IMG/VR virus record: IMGVR_UViG_3300033067_000179
Coordinates: 1-49,305 of that record
Direction: 5' to 3' (one strand)
Source of the DNA: a virus
Taxonomy: Duplodnaviria > Caudoviricetes
Length of the DNA: 49,305 nucleotides
The notes beneath the pieces were generated by a model that did not search any database, was not told the DNA's origin, and saw only the letters and a program-made list of their open reading frames with translations. The position numbers were made by a program, and so were the translations under genes. Below, piece after piece: positions 9,317 to 18,148 of the stretch (position 1 is its first letter; each line of letters begins with the position of its first letter).

Positions 9317-9330
9317 GGGGAAGCCGTGAC

Positions 9331-10059
9331 ATGGCGACATTTGTAAAACATATTGGATGTCCTAAATGCGGAAGTAGAGATAATAGGGCCGTCTACGATG
9401 ATGGCTCTGAGTGGTGTTTTGGTTGTCGTGATTATAAGGGGGGTGAGTTTAGGCGAGAAAAAATGCTTGACAAAACGCCTAAACCTCTGAATTACCCCGA
9501 TGATGCACAAAACTATATTCCTGTCAAGCCCTTGACATGGCTCAAAGGATATGGTATCACCGATAAGGAAATGGTCGATCATGGCATCGCGTTTTCTCCA
9601 AGCAAAAACCTTCTTGTATTCCCCTATTACGGAGACTCTGACCGTGTTTCTCTTGTTGCGTGGCAAGGCCGTAACTTTGGATCTGAGGGGCCTAAATGGT
9701 ATGGGCGTGGAAATCTCCAAGACCTCCTGCATCTTGTGCCTGTATGGAATCCAAGAGTGGAGAATGCCCGAAATACAGTTTGCATCGTGGAGGATATCGT
9801 TTCCGCGATCAAAGTTGGCAGATGTACAACGGCTTGCCCTATCTTTGGCTCGAACATATCTCTGAAAACGCTTGTAAGGCTCTCAGAGCGCTTTGAGGAA
9901 CTGGTGATATGGTTGGATATGGATAAGCACCGAGAAGCGCTTAAATCTAAATCTAGAGCTTCTCAGTTACCTTTTAATAAAGTGTCGGTTATTTCCACCG
10001 AAAAAGATCCAAAGGCACTTACCGATGGAGAGATCAATGAAGCTCTACGAGCTACCTAG
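9331..10059 (+). CDS. DNA primase (Zn finger plus Toprim), T7 gp4-like primase domain
   Basis: CPKCGSRDN...YDDG..WCFGC; IVEDIVSAIKV; WLD.D; KDPK. Confidence 0.9.
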   Translation: MATFVKHIGCPKCGSRDNRAVYDDGSEWCFGCRDYKGGEFRREKMLDKTPKPLNYPDDAQNYIPVKPLTWLKGYGITDKEMVDHGIAFSPSKNLLVFPYYGDSDRVSLVAWQGRNFGSEGPKWYGRGNLQDLLHLVPVWNPRVENARNTVCIVEDIVSAIKVGRCTTACPIFGSNISLKTLVRLSERFEELVIWLDMDKHREALKSKSRASQLPFNKVSVISTEKDPKALTDGEINEALRAT

Positions 10060-10204
10060 AAAATCTCATTTCATCTTAGAAGATCCAGAAAAAATTTTTC
10101 TATTCGAGCACATTGACGGTATGTATAGCCTATGCTACAATGATAAAGGTGAGGTAGTTCATTTCGCAGCATGGACGGAGGTTAAACCTATTGACAAACG
10201 ATAA
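10037..10204 (+). CDS. small hypothetical protein (55 aa, below ORF-track cutoff)
   Basis: hand translation MKLYELPRKSHFILEDPEKIFLFEHIDGMYSLCYNDKGEVVHFAAWTEVKPIDKR; GGAG RBS; fills the primase-helicase gap. Confidence 0.7.
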   Translation: MKLYELPRKSHFILEDPEKIFLFEHIDGMYSLCYNDKGEVVHFAAWTEVKPIDKR

Positions 10205-10219
10205 ACAACCTGTTAAAAT
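10191..10219 (+). promoter_or_regulatory. sigma70-type promoter
   Basis: TTGACA-17 nt-TAAAAT with TGn extension. Confidence 0.7.
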
Positions 10220-11453
10220 CAATTATTACTTATATATACTTAGATATATACTTATATATAATTATTACAATAAATATAGTAAATACATTAATATTAAATT
10301 AATTAAAGATAAGTATAGAGAATTATCTCTTGTTTTTGATGAAGCTATTTCCTTGTTAGAAAAGCACAAGCGTGATCTTACGCTTGATGAGCTAAAACTC
10401 TCTTTCTTTGTTTCCTATCCAAAGCTTAAAGAAGAACAACAACGTGCTTTCGAGGCGATCTTCCAGTCCTTGGAACAGATCGAAATCAAAGACGATATTG
10501 TAGTAGACGTATTCGAGAAGTTGCGGCAGAGGAACGTCGCATACACCCTGTCTGATCTGTCCTACGCTGTAGGCGAGGGTGAGCGAGACTGGGATAACTT
10601 ATCCGAGTTTATCTCCAAGATGTCGGATGAAAAGTCTGTTGAGCAACCTGTCCGTTTAGTGTCTCAGAACATCGCCGATCTTTACCCCGATGGGGATTTC
10701 CCCGAAGGGCTACGGTGGCGATTAGATTCCCTTAACAAGATGCTTGGTTCTCTTCGTCGTGGTAATTTTGGATTCATTGTGGCCCGTCCAGAGACGGGTA
10801 AGACTACGTTCCTTGCTTCAGAAGTTACCTTCATGGCCGCGCAAGCGGATTCACCGATCTTGTGGTTCAACAACGAGGAAGACGAAGCCGCAGTACTTAT
10901 GCGGCTCTATCAAGCAGCTCTAAAGTGCCATACTAAAGACGTTCTCGGTAATCCTAAAAAGGCGTGGGAAGCATATGTAAATACCACCCGTGGAAATATT
11001 CAACTCATTTCGGAAGCAGCCATTCACCGTAAAGATGTTGAAGCTGCCTGTGAATTCTATAAACCGTCTCTTGTACTGTTTGACCAGCTCGATAAGATCA
11101 AGGGGTTTGATGCGGATAGGCAAGATTTGTTGCTTGGACGCATTTATCAATGGGCACGAGAGATTGCTAAGACTTACTGCCCTGTGATTGGCGTATGTCA
11201 GGCAGACGGTACGGCTGAGGGAGTCCAGTGGATTACCATGCAGCACGTAGCCGATGCCAAGACTTCTAAACAGGCAGAGGCCGATTGGATTTTAGGGATT
11301 GGTAAGACTTACAGGGATGGTTACGAGAATGTTCGTCACCTTCACCTGTCTAAGAATAAGCTTATTGGCGATAAAGATACTGTGCCGGAACTTCGTCATG
11401 GAAAACGGGACGTAATCATTGAACCCGAAATCGCTCGATACAAGGACATCTAA
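10191..11453 (+). CDS. DnaB-like (SF4) replicative helicase
   Basis: Walker A ARPETGKTTF, NNEE, LFDQLDK, QAEADWILGIG, SKNKL; exact start uncertain. Confidence 0.92.
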   Translation: MTNDKQPVKINYYLYILRYILIYNYYNKYSKYINIKLIKDKYRELSLVFDEAISLLEKHKRDLTLDELKLSFFVSYPKLKEEQQRAFEAIFQSLEQIEIKDDIVVDVFEKLRQRNVAYTLSDLSYAVGEGERDWDNLSEFISKMSDEKSVEQPVRLVSQNIADLYPDGDFPEGLRWRLDSLNKMLGSLRRGNFGFIVARPETGKTTFLASEVTFMAAQADSPILWFNNEEDEAAVLMRLYQAALKCHTKDVLGNPKKAWEAYVNTTRGNIQLISEAAIHRKDVEAACEFYKPSLVLFDQLDKIKGFDADRQDLLLGRIYQWAREIAKTYCPVIGVCQADGTAEGVQWITMQHVADAKTSKQAEADWILGIGKTYRDGYENVRHLHLSKNKLIGDKDTVPELRHGKRDVIIEPEIARYKDI

Positions 11454-11454
11454 A

Positions 11455-11868
11455 ATGCCCGTTGCTGTGTTGAATGAAAGAACCAAGAAAGTTCTTAAAA
11501 CCTTTAAACGTGCTGATATAGAGAAGTTTTACCGGCAGTTGGATGATATTGGATTGGATAAAGAACAGTCTCCCACTTGTTGTGGTGTAACTGAATTAAC
11601 TGGTTTTCAAGTGGCTGGTACTTGGGGGGGTTATGCAAATGAAAAAAACCTTGTTAAAGACGCTAAGGACCAACTTCTGAAATTGATTTTTACTGTAGAG
11701 AAAGGACAGCTCATGATGTTTCATGCACCTAACACAAGACATTATCAGCACGTTTTTAAAGCCCTCAGATCTCTGGGATTCAAACAGATCTGCCCTGAGT
11801 GGAAGAATGGTGTTCATGGTTATCGAAAAGAGGGGGTAATTTCTCTGTTCTGTTATAAAGATGTATGA
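11455..11868 (+). CDS. hypothetical protein
   Basis: ATG 11455 with AAGGA RBS; TCCG motif. Confidence 0.7.
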   Translation: MPVAVLNERTKKVLKTFKRADIEKFYRQLDDIGLDKEQSPTCCGVTELTGFQVAGTWGGYANEKNLVKDAKDQLLKLIFTVEKGQLMMFHAPNTRHYQHVFKALRSLGFKQICPEWKNGVHGYRKEGVISLFCYKDV

Positions 11869-12118
11869 ACGAAGTCTCTTGGTTTTGGGTGGGTTTCTTC
11901 TCGGGCTGTTGTTTGGCAGTTTATCTGTTCTCAAACTATACACGCCTCCCGAAACTCCGTATAAGAGCGCCTTCGAGGAAGAAAGACGAATCCGGATCTC
12001 CCACGAACGGGGGATCCTGAGTTGCATTAACAATGGTGCCTTTATTTTCATGCCGGGGTATAAAGACATTGGTAGATATGTAATCTGTACTCCAAAACCC
12101 TTGAGGTATAAGGATTGA
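11861..12118 (+). CDS. small protein with N-terminal transmembrane helix
   Basis: LLVLGGFLLGLLFGSL; overlaps both neighbours. Confidence 0.6.
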   Translation: MYERSLLVLGGFLLGLLFGSLSVLKLYTPPETPYKSAFEEERRIRISHERGILSCINNGAFIFMPGYKDIGRYVICTPKPLRYKD

Positions 12119-13257
12119 ATCCTCTCGTAATAGACGTAGAATCCACAACCCATGCTAAAGGTAATCCTTTTCATCATCGTAATCAACTTGTGTGTATTGG
12201 GTATGGTAGCAACGTGTCATGGTGTGATATCGCTTTATCTTCACAAGACAAGGCAGCAATTGAGCACGCTATCGATGATGCAGATTTACTTATTGGGTTC
12301 AATTTTAAGTTTGATCTTCACTGGTTGGAGCGCTATGGTATTAGTAATTGGAAAGACAAACTTATTTGGGATTGTCAGTTAGCTCAGTTCATCATTCAAG
12401 ATCAGCAAGTACGTTTTCCTAGCTTGAATGGTTCCTGTGAGTATTGGGGTCTTCCGGGTAAACTCGACACTATTAAGACACAGTTCTGGGACAATGATAT
12501 TGATACCCTTGAAATTCCTAAGAACCTCCTTGAAGAATATCTCCGACAGGATTTGGCTGCTACTTATTCTCTTTTCTTGAAGCAGACCGATTTCCTCAAA
12601 CAAAAACAACAAAAACTGAGGCTTATCAAGCTCCACAACAAAGACCTTCTTGGTCTTCAAGAAATGGAGTACAACGGGCTAAAGTTTAACTTTGAAGAGG
12701 CTAAAGCCCGAAGTGCAGAGTTGGAAAAGCAAATTTCTGGAATCGACGCCGAGCTTTGTTCTCGGTTTGGTAATTATCCCTTTAATTTTAACAGTGGGGA
12801 TCATCTATCTGCCCTACTATATGGTGGTAAGATCACGTTCAAAAGAAGTACCCCATACGAGCACACCTTTAAATCGGGTAATCGGGCCGGACAAACAGTA
12901 ACTCGTTTTAAGCATGACGAAGATGTTGTGGAGTTCCCCCGAGTGTTCACGCCTCTCCCACGTTCTGAGCTGAAAAAGTCCGGTTTGTGGGCAACAGATG
13001 AACCAACCCTAAAGCAATTAAAGGGGGACAAAAAGCTTATCCAAACCTTACTCGAACGAGCTAAGTTAGATAAGTTAAAGACAACTTATTACGATGGGTT
13101 TCCTAAGATGGCCGAAGAAGCTGGTTGGGTAGATGGGTATCTACATGGGCAATATAACCAAGCAGTAGTTGGTACAGGTCGTTTGTCTTCAAGTAGACCT
13201 AATCAACAAAACATCACGGAGGAAGTAAATGAGCTTATTGAATCAAGATATCTATGA
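12115..13257 (+). CDS. polA: DNA polymerase family A, N-terminal part (3'-5' exonuclease plus thumb)
   Basis: ExoI VIDVE, ExoII FNFKFDL, ExoIII Y..QD; ends after TGRLSSSRPNQQN. Confidence 0.92.
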   Translation: MNPLVIDVESTTHAKGNPFHHRNQLVCIGYGSNVSWCDIALSSQDKAAIEHAIDDADLLIGFNFKFDLHWLERYGISNWKDKLIWDCQLAQFIIQDQQVRFPSLNGSCEYWGLPGKLDTIKTQFWDNDIDTLEIPKNLLEEYLRQDLAATYSLFLKQTDFLKQKQQKLRLIKLHNKDLLGLQEMEYNGLKFNFEEAKARSAELEKQISGIDAELCSRFGNYPFNFNSGDHLSALLYGGKITFKRSTPYEHTFKSGNRAGQTVTRFKHDEDVVEFPRVFTPLPRSELKKSGLWATDEPTLKQLKGDKKLIQTLLERAKLDKLKTTYYDGFPKMAEEAGWVDGYLHGQYNQAVVGTGRLSSSRPNQQNITEEVNELIESRYL

Positions 13258-13552
13258 TTGGGGTAATGATGTAGAACCCGGATGGAAACATCTTGTAGAG
13301 CCACTTGTTTCTGAATGTAAAAAGAGGGGAGTTAAAATCGCTCAAGTAAAAGAGAAATTTGGAACTCTTAGATTTTATACCTATGGGCATGAAGACGAAG
13401 AACTCTCCAAACTTATTCGAGAAGCGGAAAAGAAGAGTGCTGTTACTTGTGAGTTTTGTGGAAAACCCGGTACTTTAGATGATTCTGGTGGTTGGTGGAA
13501 AACGACGTGTCCGGATCATACTTATGAAAAACGAAAAGCAACTATGAAATGA
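13229..13552 (+). CDS. hypothetical Zn-ribbon protein separating the polymerase halves
   Basis: QVKEKFGTLRFY and CEFCG...TCPDH; overlaps both pol halves. Confidence 0.8.
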   Translation: MSLLNQDIYDWGNDVEPGWKHLVEPLVSECKKRGVKIAQVKEKFGTLRFYTYGHEDEELSKLIREAEKKSAVTCEFCGKPGTLDDSGGWWKTTCPDHTYEKRKATMK

Positions 13553-14262
13553 TTGTTTCCGGTGACGTAAAAGGTCTCGAGGTTGTTGGTTGTGCTTATT
13601 TAAGTAGGGATGAAACTCTGATCCAAGAGATTCTTAACAAGGAAGATATCCATGCAAACAATCAAGCAGCGTTTAAGTTACCTAGCCGACTTATCGCTAA
13701 GATTTTCAAGTTTAGGATGATCTATGGAGGTACGGCTTTCAGCTACGCCAATGATCCAGATTTTCAGGGAGTATCAACCTCCACAAAGTTCTGGGAACGA
13801 GTCATTAGCAACTATTATGACAAGTACCCCGGTATCAAAAAATGGCACGATACCCTCATCCGAACTGTCAATGCTACAGGAATGTTGGAAATGCCTACTG
13901 GAAGATGTTATCAATTCGAGAGAGGCGGAGCGTATGGACTCCCAGAGACCAAAATTAAGAACTATCCAGTTCAGGGTCTTGGGGCTGACCTCGTGGCAAT
14001 TGCACGGGTATCTCTCCGTAGCTCCCTTAGACGAAGCGGCTTAGAGTACAAATACTTCAATACCATCCACGATCAGATTGGTGTTGACACACCTGCTGAT
14101 AACGTGTATAATGTATGTTCTCTTATGAAACAGGCTGTGGAAACTGTTCCAAATAATTTCCACAAACTCTTCGGAGTTACATTTGATCTGCCCCTTGAGT
14201 GCGAAATCAAAGTTGGTCCCAACTTCAAACAAATGGAGAAGTATGCTAATCCAAATCAATAG
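13549..14262 (+). CDS. polA: DNA polymerase family A, C-terminal catalytic part
   Basis: motif A DVKGLE, motif B RLIAKIFKFRMIYGG, NYPVQG, motif C IHDQ. Confidence 0.92.
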   Translation: MIVSGDVKGLEVVGCAYLSRDETLIQEILNKEDIHANNQAAFKLPSRLIAKIFKFRMIYGGTAFSYANDPDFQGVSTSTKFWERVISNYYDKYPGIKKWHDTLIRTVNATGMLEMPTGRCYQFERGGAYGLPETKIKNYPVQGLGADLVAIARVSLRSSLRRSGLEYKYFNTIHDQIGVDTPADNVYNVCSLMKQAVETVPNNFHKLFGVTFDLPLECEIKVGPNFKQMEKYANPNQ

Positions 14263-14734
14263 TATTGCCTTCGACGAAGTTAAAAATGCGAAGGGTGGTT
14301 ACAAAACCGCTGTTGTTCAGTACCTTAAAGATGGTAAAAATGAAGAGAAGAAAATCATGTCGTTTGCTAATCCGGGTGTGTTTGCTGCCCTGCAAAACAT
14401 GGCTAATTTTCCGGTTCAAGTTGATGTCAAGAACGTGAAGAATGCCAGGGGTTATTGGGAGTGGTCTGCTATTGGTGCCCCGGGCGCTGCCCTTGTTGGT
14501 GCTGCTGCTCCTGAAGCTCCGCGTAAAGTGAGTAATTTTGAAAGCTCGGAAGAGCGAGCTGCTCGTCAGGTGATGATTGTTCGTCAATCGTCTCTGTCGA
14601 ATGCGATTGCTCTCATGACCCTCCAAGGGGATAAGAAAGTTGGGGAAGAGCAAGTCATTGCCCTTGCCAAGAAATTTGAATCTTACGTCCTTGGTAATCG
14701 TGTGGAGCAAATTGAAGATGACATCCCCTTCTAA
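14243..14734 (+). CDS. ssb: single-stranded DNA-binding protein
   Basis: C-terminal EDDIPF tail; GGAG RBS before ATG 14243; replication context. Confidence 0.75.
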   Translation: MLIQINSIAFDEVKNAKGGYKTAVVQYLKDGKNEEKKIMSFANPGVFAALQNMANFPVQVDVKNVKNARGYWEWSAIGAPGAALVGAAAPEAPRKVSNFESSEERAARQVMIVRQSSLSNAIALMTLQGDKKVGEEQVIALAKKFESYVLGNRVEQIEDDIPF

Positions 14735-14900
14735 GTATAAGGTCGTGGTTTTTGAGGGCCTTCCTGAAATTGCTCTCAGTATGAATGAAGATGATCCTAA
14801 ACTTACTTGGCGAGAAGCAAAAAAAGCTCTTCGCCAGTGGTACTTGGATCAAGCTAGTGCCCTCCGAAAAGTAACTGAGGATAACTACTTCAACAAGTGA
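14718..14900 (+). CDS. small hypothetical protein
   Basis: ATG 14718 with GGAG upstream; GTGA overlap with exonuclease. Confidence 0.55.
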   Translation: MTSPSKYKVVVFEGLPEIALSMNEDDPKLTWREAKKALRQWYLDQASALRKVTEDNYFNK

Positions 14901-15685
14901 TTGCTCTGATTGATGCAGACATCGTGGCCTTCCGCTGTGCAGCTACAGCGGAAGGTCTTGATGAAAAGATTGCGATAGCTCGGACAAACGATCTCATTGA
15001 AACCATTCTTCGAGATACTGAAACCGACAATCCGATTCTTTACCTAACTGGTAATAATAACTTCCGTAAAGAAATCTTCCCTGAGTACAAAGCAAATCGA
15101 ACTAAACCCGCTCCTGAGCATTTACAAGCCTGTCGTCAATACCTTATTGATGTGTGGCAAGCAGTAGTTACGGATGGGTGTGAGGCTGATGATGCGCTTG
15201 GGGTAAAGCAAGTTGGCTTTACGGTGGAAAATCCATATGATCCAGATGCTCCCGTTGATCTGCAATCAATTATCTGCTCCATCGATAAAGACCTGTTGCA
15301 GATTCCCGGAAGACATTACAACTTTGTTAAACAGGAATTTCAAGAAGTAAGCTGGCTGCGTGGTATTCGTGAATTCTATACTCAGATGCTTGTTGGAGAT
15401 ACGGCAGACAACGTTAAAGGTGTAAAAGGCATTGGCCCAAAAAAAGCTCAGGCATATCTGGAAGGATATGAGAATGAGCAGGAAATGTTTGATGCCGTCA
15501 GAGCGGCATATAACAACGATAATCAGTTCCTACTCAATGGGAAACTGCTCTGGATCTGGCGAAAGGAAAACGACGTATGGAATCCATCCGAATTGATGGG
15601 CAATATGAAACTCGACGAGGAAGTAAAGCACGAATCTATGCCCTCGATGGTGGCGGAGAACACCCAGTCCACGGCGCTTGGCTAA
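14897..15685 (+). CDS. 5'-3' exonuclease (T7 gp6/FEN-like)
   Basis: LIDADI, NFRK...PEYKANR, EADD, SIDKDL.QIPG, GDTADNVKGVKGIGPKKA. Confidence 0.95.
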   Translation: MIALIDADIVAFRCAATAEGLDEKIAIARTNDLIETILRDTETDNPILYLTGNNNFRKEIFPEYKANRTKPAPEHLQACRQYLIDVWQAVVTDGCEADDALGVKQVGFTVENPYDPDAPVDLQSIICSIDKDLLQIPGRHYNFVKQEFQEVSWLRGIREFYTQMLVGDTADNVKGVKGIGPKKAQAYLEGYENEQEMFDAVRAAYNNDNQFLLNGKLLWIWRKENDVWNPSELMGNMKLDEEVKHESMPSMVAENTQSTALG

Positions 15686-15810
15686 ACGAAGCCGAGCAAG
15701 AATGGATTCCCTGTACTTGGGACAAGTTTGGTTTCTTTTTAGATTATAAGCATGAACGAGGAGTGGACTTGTGCCCGATAAGTACAAATCGAAATTTGAA
15801 ATCAGCGTAA
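15577..15810 (+). CDS. small hypothetical protein overlapping exonuclease C-terminus
   Basis: YETRRGSKARIYALDG...PVHGAW; AAGGA RBS. Confidence 0.65.
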   Translation: MESIRIDGQYETRRGSKARIYALDGGGEHPVHGAWLNEAEQEWIPCTWDKFGFFLDYKHERGVDLCPISTNRNLKSA

Positions 15811-16151
15811 GCAACGAGCTAAAACGAAAGCGAGCCGACTTTAAATATGAGCCGTTTAAAATGCCATTTACTCAACCCGAAAAAAGGCGAAACTACATCC
15901 CCGATTTCGAGGTCCAAAGAACTACCGTACTTATTGAAGCCAAAGGCAAGCTCACCAAAGCCGACCGAGACAAGCTCCTCTGGGTCCGCCAACAGCACCC
16001 AAAGAAAGTAATTGTTCTCCTTTTTCAGAACGCTCGAAATAAGTTACGTAAAGGGTCGTCTACATCCTATGCTGATTGGGCAGAGAAAAACGGCTTTGAT
16101 TATGCTGATTTTACCCGGGAAGGTATCCCTGACAGGTGGTTGAAGAAATGA
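15771..16151 (+). CDS. endonuclease I / Holliday junction resolvase (T7 gp3-like)
   Basis: YKSKFE, YE, YIPDF, IEAKG, DR.K, Y.DWAEKNGF. Confidence 0.92.
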   Translation: MPDKYKSKFEISVSNELKRKRADFKYEPFKMPFTQPEKRRNYIPDFEVQRTTVLIEAKGKLTKADRDKLLWVRQQHPKKVIVLLFQNARNKLRKGSSTSYADWAEKNGFDYADFTREGIPDRWLKK

Positions 16152-16330
16152 AATTCTCTTTTCGAGAACCAACAGACGAAGGAGTTGTGGTATTCGACGG
16201 TGAATTAAACGCTCAAGATGTTAACTATCTACTTCAATATGCGATTATGGATCTTATCCAAAAAGGTGCACTAATCAACAAACTAAAAGTAATCGAGGTT
16301 CCTGATGAAGATTCTGCTCCTAGACATTAA
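16148..16330 (+). CDS. small hypothetical protein
   Basis: ATGA overlap with endonuclease stop. Confidence 0.6.
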   Translation: MKFSFREPTDEGVVVFDGELNAQDVNYLLQYAIMDLIQKGALINKLKVIEVPDEDSAPRH

Positions 16331-16357
16331 AGTACTTCTTAATCGGTGGGATTCCCG

Positions 16358-17095
16358 ATGAAAATTCTTTTGTTGGATATCGAAACCGCCCCCAATACGG
16401 CTCACGTATGGGGATTGTGGCAACAGAACGTAGGCTTGCCGCAAATTCTTGAGTCTGGTTATGTTTTGTGTTGGGCTGCTAAATGGCTTGGAGAAAAGGA
16501 AGTGTTCTTTGACTCGATCTATGAGTCTGGACATAAGACCATGCTACGTGGGATTCACGTCCTATTAAATCAAGCTGATGCTGTTGTCCATTATAATGGA
16601 ACTAAGTACGATATTCCTACGCTAAATAAAGAGTTTGTTATTCACAAGATTGATCCTCCGGCTCCGTACAGCCAGATTGACTTACTTAAGGTTGCTAAAC
16701 GGCAATTTAAATTCCCGTCTAACAAGCTTGATTATGTTGCTAAGGCCCTTGGGGTTGGTGAGAAAGTTAAGCATATGGGCCATGAGCTTTGGATCCGTTG
16801 CATGAGTAAAGATCCAGAAGCTTGGGCAATGATGCGTGAATACAACATTGGCGATGTAATTCTTTTGGAACAAGTGTACTTTCGGTTACTGCCGTGGATC
16901 AAAGGTCATGCAAACTACAATCAACACCAAGACGATAAAGGATGTCCGAATTGCGGCTCTGGAAGGTTTGTACGTAGGGGCTTTTCCCATACAGCGACTT
17001 ATTCTTACCGACGCTATAAATGCAGTAATTGCGGAACGTGGTTCAGATCCAACAAAGCAGAAAAGCGAGAAGGGGAACGCTATGTCGGTGTATAG
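16358..17095 (+). CDS. DEDD/RNase H-like 3'-5' exonuclease with C-terminal Zn ribbon
   Basis: LLDIET, HYNG..YD, YN..DV; CPNCGS...YKCSNCG. Confidence 0.85.
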   Translation: MKILLLDIETAPNTAHVWGLWQQNVGLPQILESGYVLCWAAKWLGEKEVFFDSIYESGHKTMLRGIHVLLNQADAVVHYNGTKYDIPTLNKEFVIHKIDPPAPYSQIDLLKVAKRQFKFPSNKLDYVAKALGVGEKVKHMGHELWIRCMSKDPEAWAMMREYNIGDVILLEQVYFRLLPWIKGHANYNQHQDDKGCPNCGSGRFVRRGFSHTATYSYRRYKCSNCGTWFRSNKAEKREGERYVGV

Positions 17096-17417
17096 TCATG
17101 AAGATTACGGGGTTCTCATTGAAGGTACGATTGATAAAATTAAGAAGCTTCCTTTCCTTAAAGGTGGTGAGTATGCTGGAGACGTAGATCGCCTTGCTAA
17201 CTTCCGTCGTAATGCTGTGGCCCTTGACCTCACTATGGAACAAGTCTGGGCGGTCTATGCTGCCAAGCATTGGGATGCTGTAATGCAGTATGTTAAGGAT
17301 GTTAGCTCTGGTAAAGATCGCCCTCGAGGGGAACCCATCAGTGGTCGCTTAGATGATCTGATTGTTTACGCAATTCTCATGAAAGCGATGATTGATGAGC
17401 GAGAGAACGGTTCGTGA
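17082..17417 (+). CDS. nucleotide-modification-associated domain 1 (DUF1599-like, MazG-related helical) protein
   Basis: KG.EYA...D.LANF, KH.D, E.I..RL.DLIVY pattern. Confidence 0.6.
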   Translation: MSVYSHEDYGVLIEGTIDKIKKLPFLKGGEYAGDVDRLANFRRNAVALDLTMEQVWAVYAAKHWDAVMQYVKDVSSGKDRPRGEPISGRLDDLIVYAILMKAMIDERENGS

Positions 17418-17631
17418 TTTTGCAGCAGATGTTAGTCTTGCCTTATTTTCAGCAGCAGCAATTGCTATGGTCGGTTTGGGATACCCTGTACAAGCAGGTA
17501 TATACGGCCTCCTATCAGAACTTCCTTATGCTTACTTTGCTTGGAAGCTCCGCTCTTGGGCGTTTTGGGGACTCATTATCTGGTGGTCAGCATGGTGGGG
17601 AAAAATTTTAATTTATGGAACCGTGGATTGA
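17392..17631 (+). CDS. small multi-pass membrane protein (PnuC-like pattern)
   Basis: three hydrophobic helices, Trp-rich. Confidence 0.55.
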   Translation: MMSERTVRDFAADVSLALFSAAAIAMVGLGYPVQAGIYGLLSELPYAYFAWKLRSWAFWGLIIWWSAWWGKILIYGTVD

Positions 17632-18148
17632 GACTGTAAGTGGTAAGAAGTTTTACTTCCTAGACCCACAACCAGATCAAATTGATATCGAAGATATTGC
17701 AACTGCCCTAGCACACAACTGTAGATATACAGGGCAAGCTAAAGGTTTCTACAGTGTTGCTGAGCATTCTGTTGCTGTCTGTGAATTAACTAACAATTCT
17801 GTCGAAGGTCTTTTACATGATGCTAGCGAAGCTTACTTACAAGATATTGCTAGCCCAGTAAAAGCATATCTTCAGAATTACAAAGAAATGGAAGATGTTG
17901 TATTGAAGGCCATTGCTAAGAAGTTTAATTTCGAGTACCCCTATGGACCGGAGATTAAGTATGCTGATGTTATCCAGCTTTCAACTGAAGCTAGGCACTT
18001 ACTCCCCTCCCGGGGAAATGATTGGAACTGGGAGAAAATTTGGGCTTATGGTAGACCAAAACGGTATGGCATTATCCCAAGATTCTTGCCTCCGAAAAAG
18101 GCTCGAGATCTCTTCCTTAGAAAATATGAGGAGTTATATGGAACGTAA
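17615..18148 (+). CDS. HD-domain 5'-deoxynucleotidase (YfbR/YfdR-like)
   Basis: DIA.ALA..CRY.G, YSVAEHS, LLHDASEAY..DI.SPVK. Confidence 0.9.
   Translation: MEPWIETVSGKKFYFLDPQPDQIDIEDIATALAHNCRYTGQAKGFYSVAEHSVAVCELTNNSVEGLLHDASEAYLQDIASPVKAYLQNYKEMEDVVLKAIAKKFNFEYPYGPEIKYADVIQLSTEARHLLPSRGNDWNWEKIWAYGRPKRYGIIPRFLPPKKARDLFLRKYEELYGT

Noticed and set aside
13229-13552. Group I intron or intein in polA
   Set aside because: Interval is fully occupied by a coupled ORF; no P7/catalytic core or intein terminal residues seen
17082-18148. 2-aminoadenine (Z) genome pathway suggested by HD and MazG-like genes
   Set aside because: No PurZ/adenylosuccinate synthetase homologue visible; the HD protein looks like ordinary YfbR/YfdR
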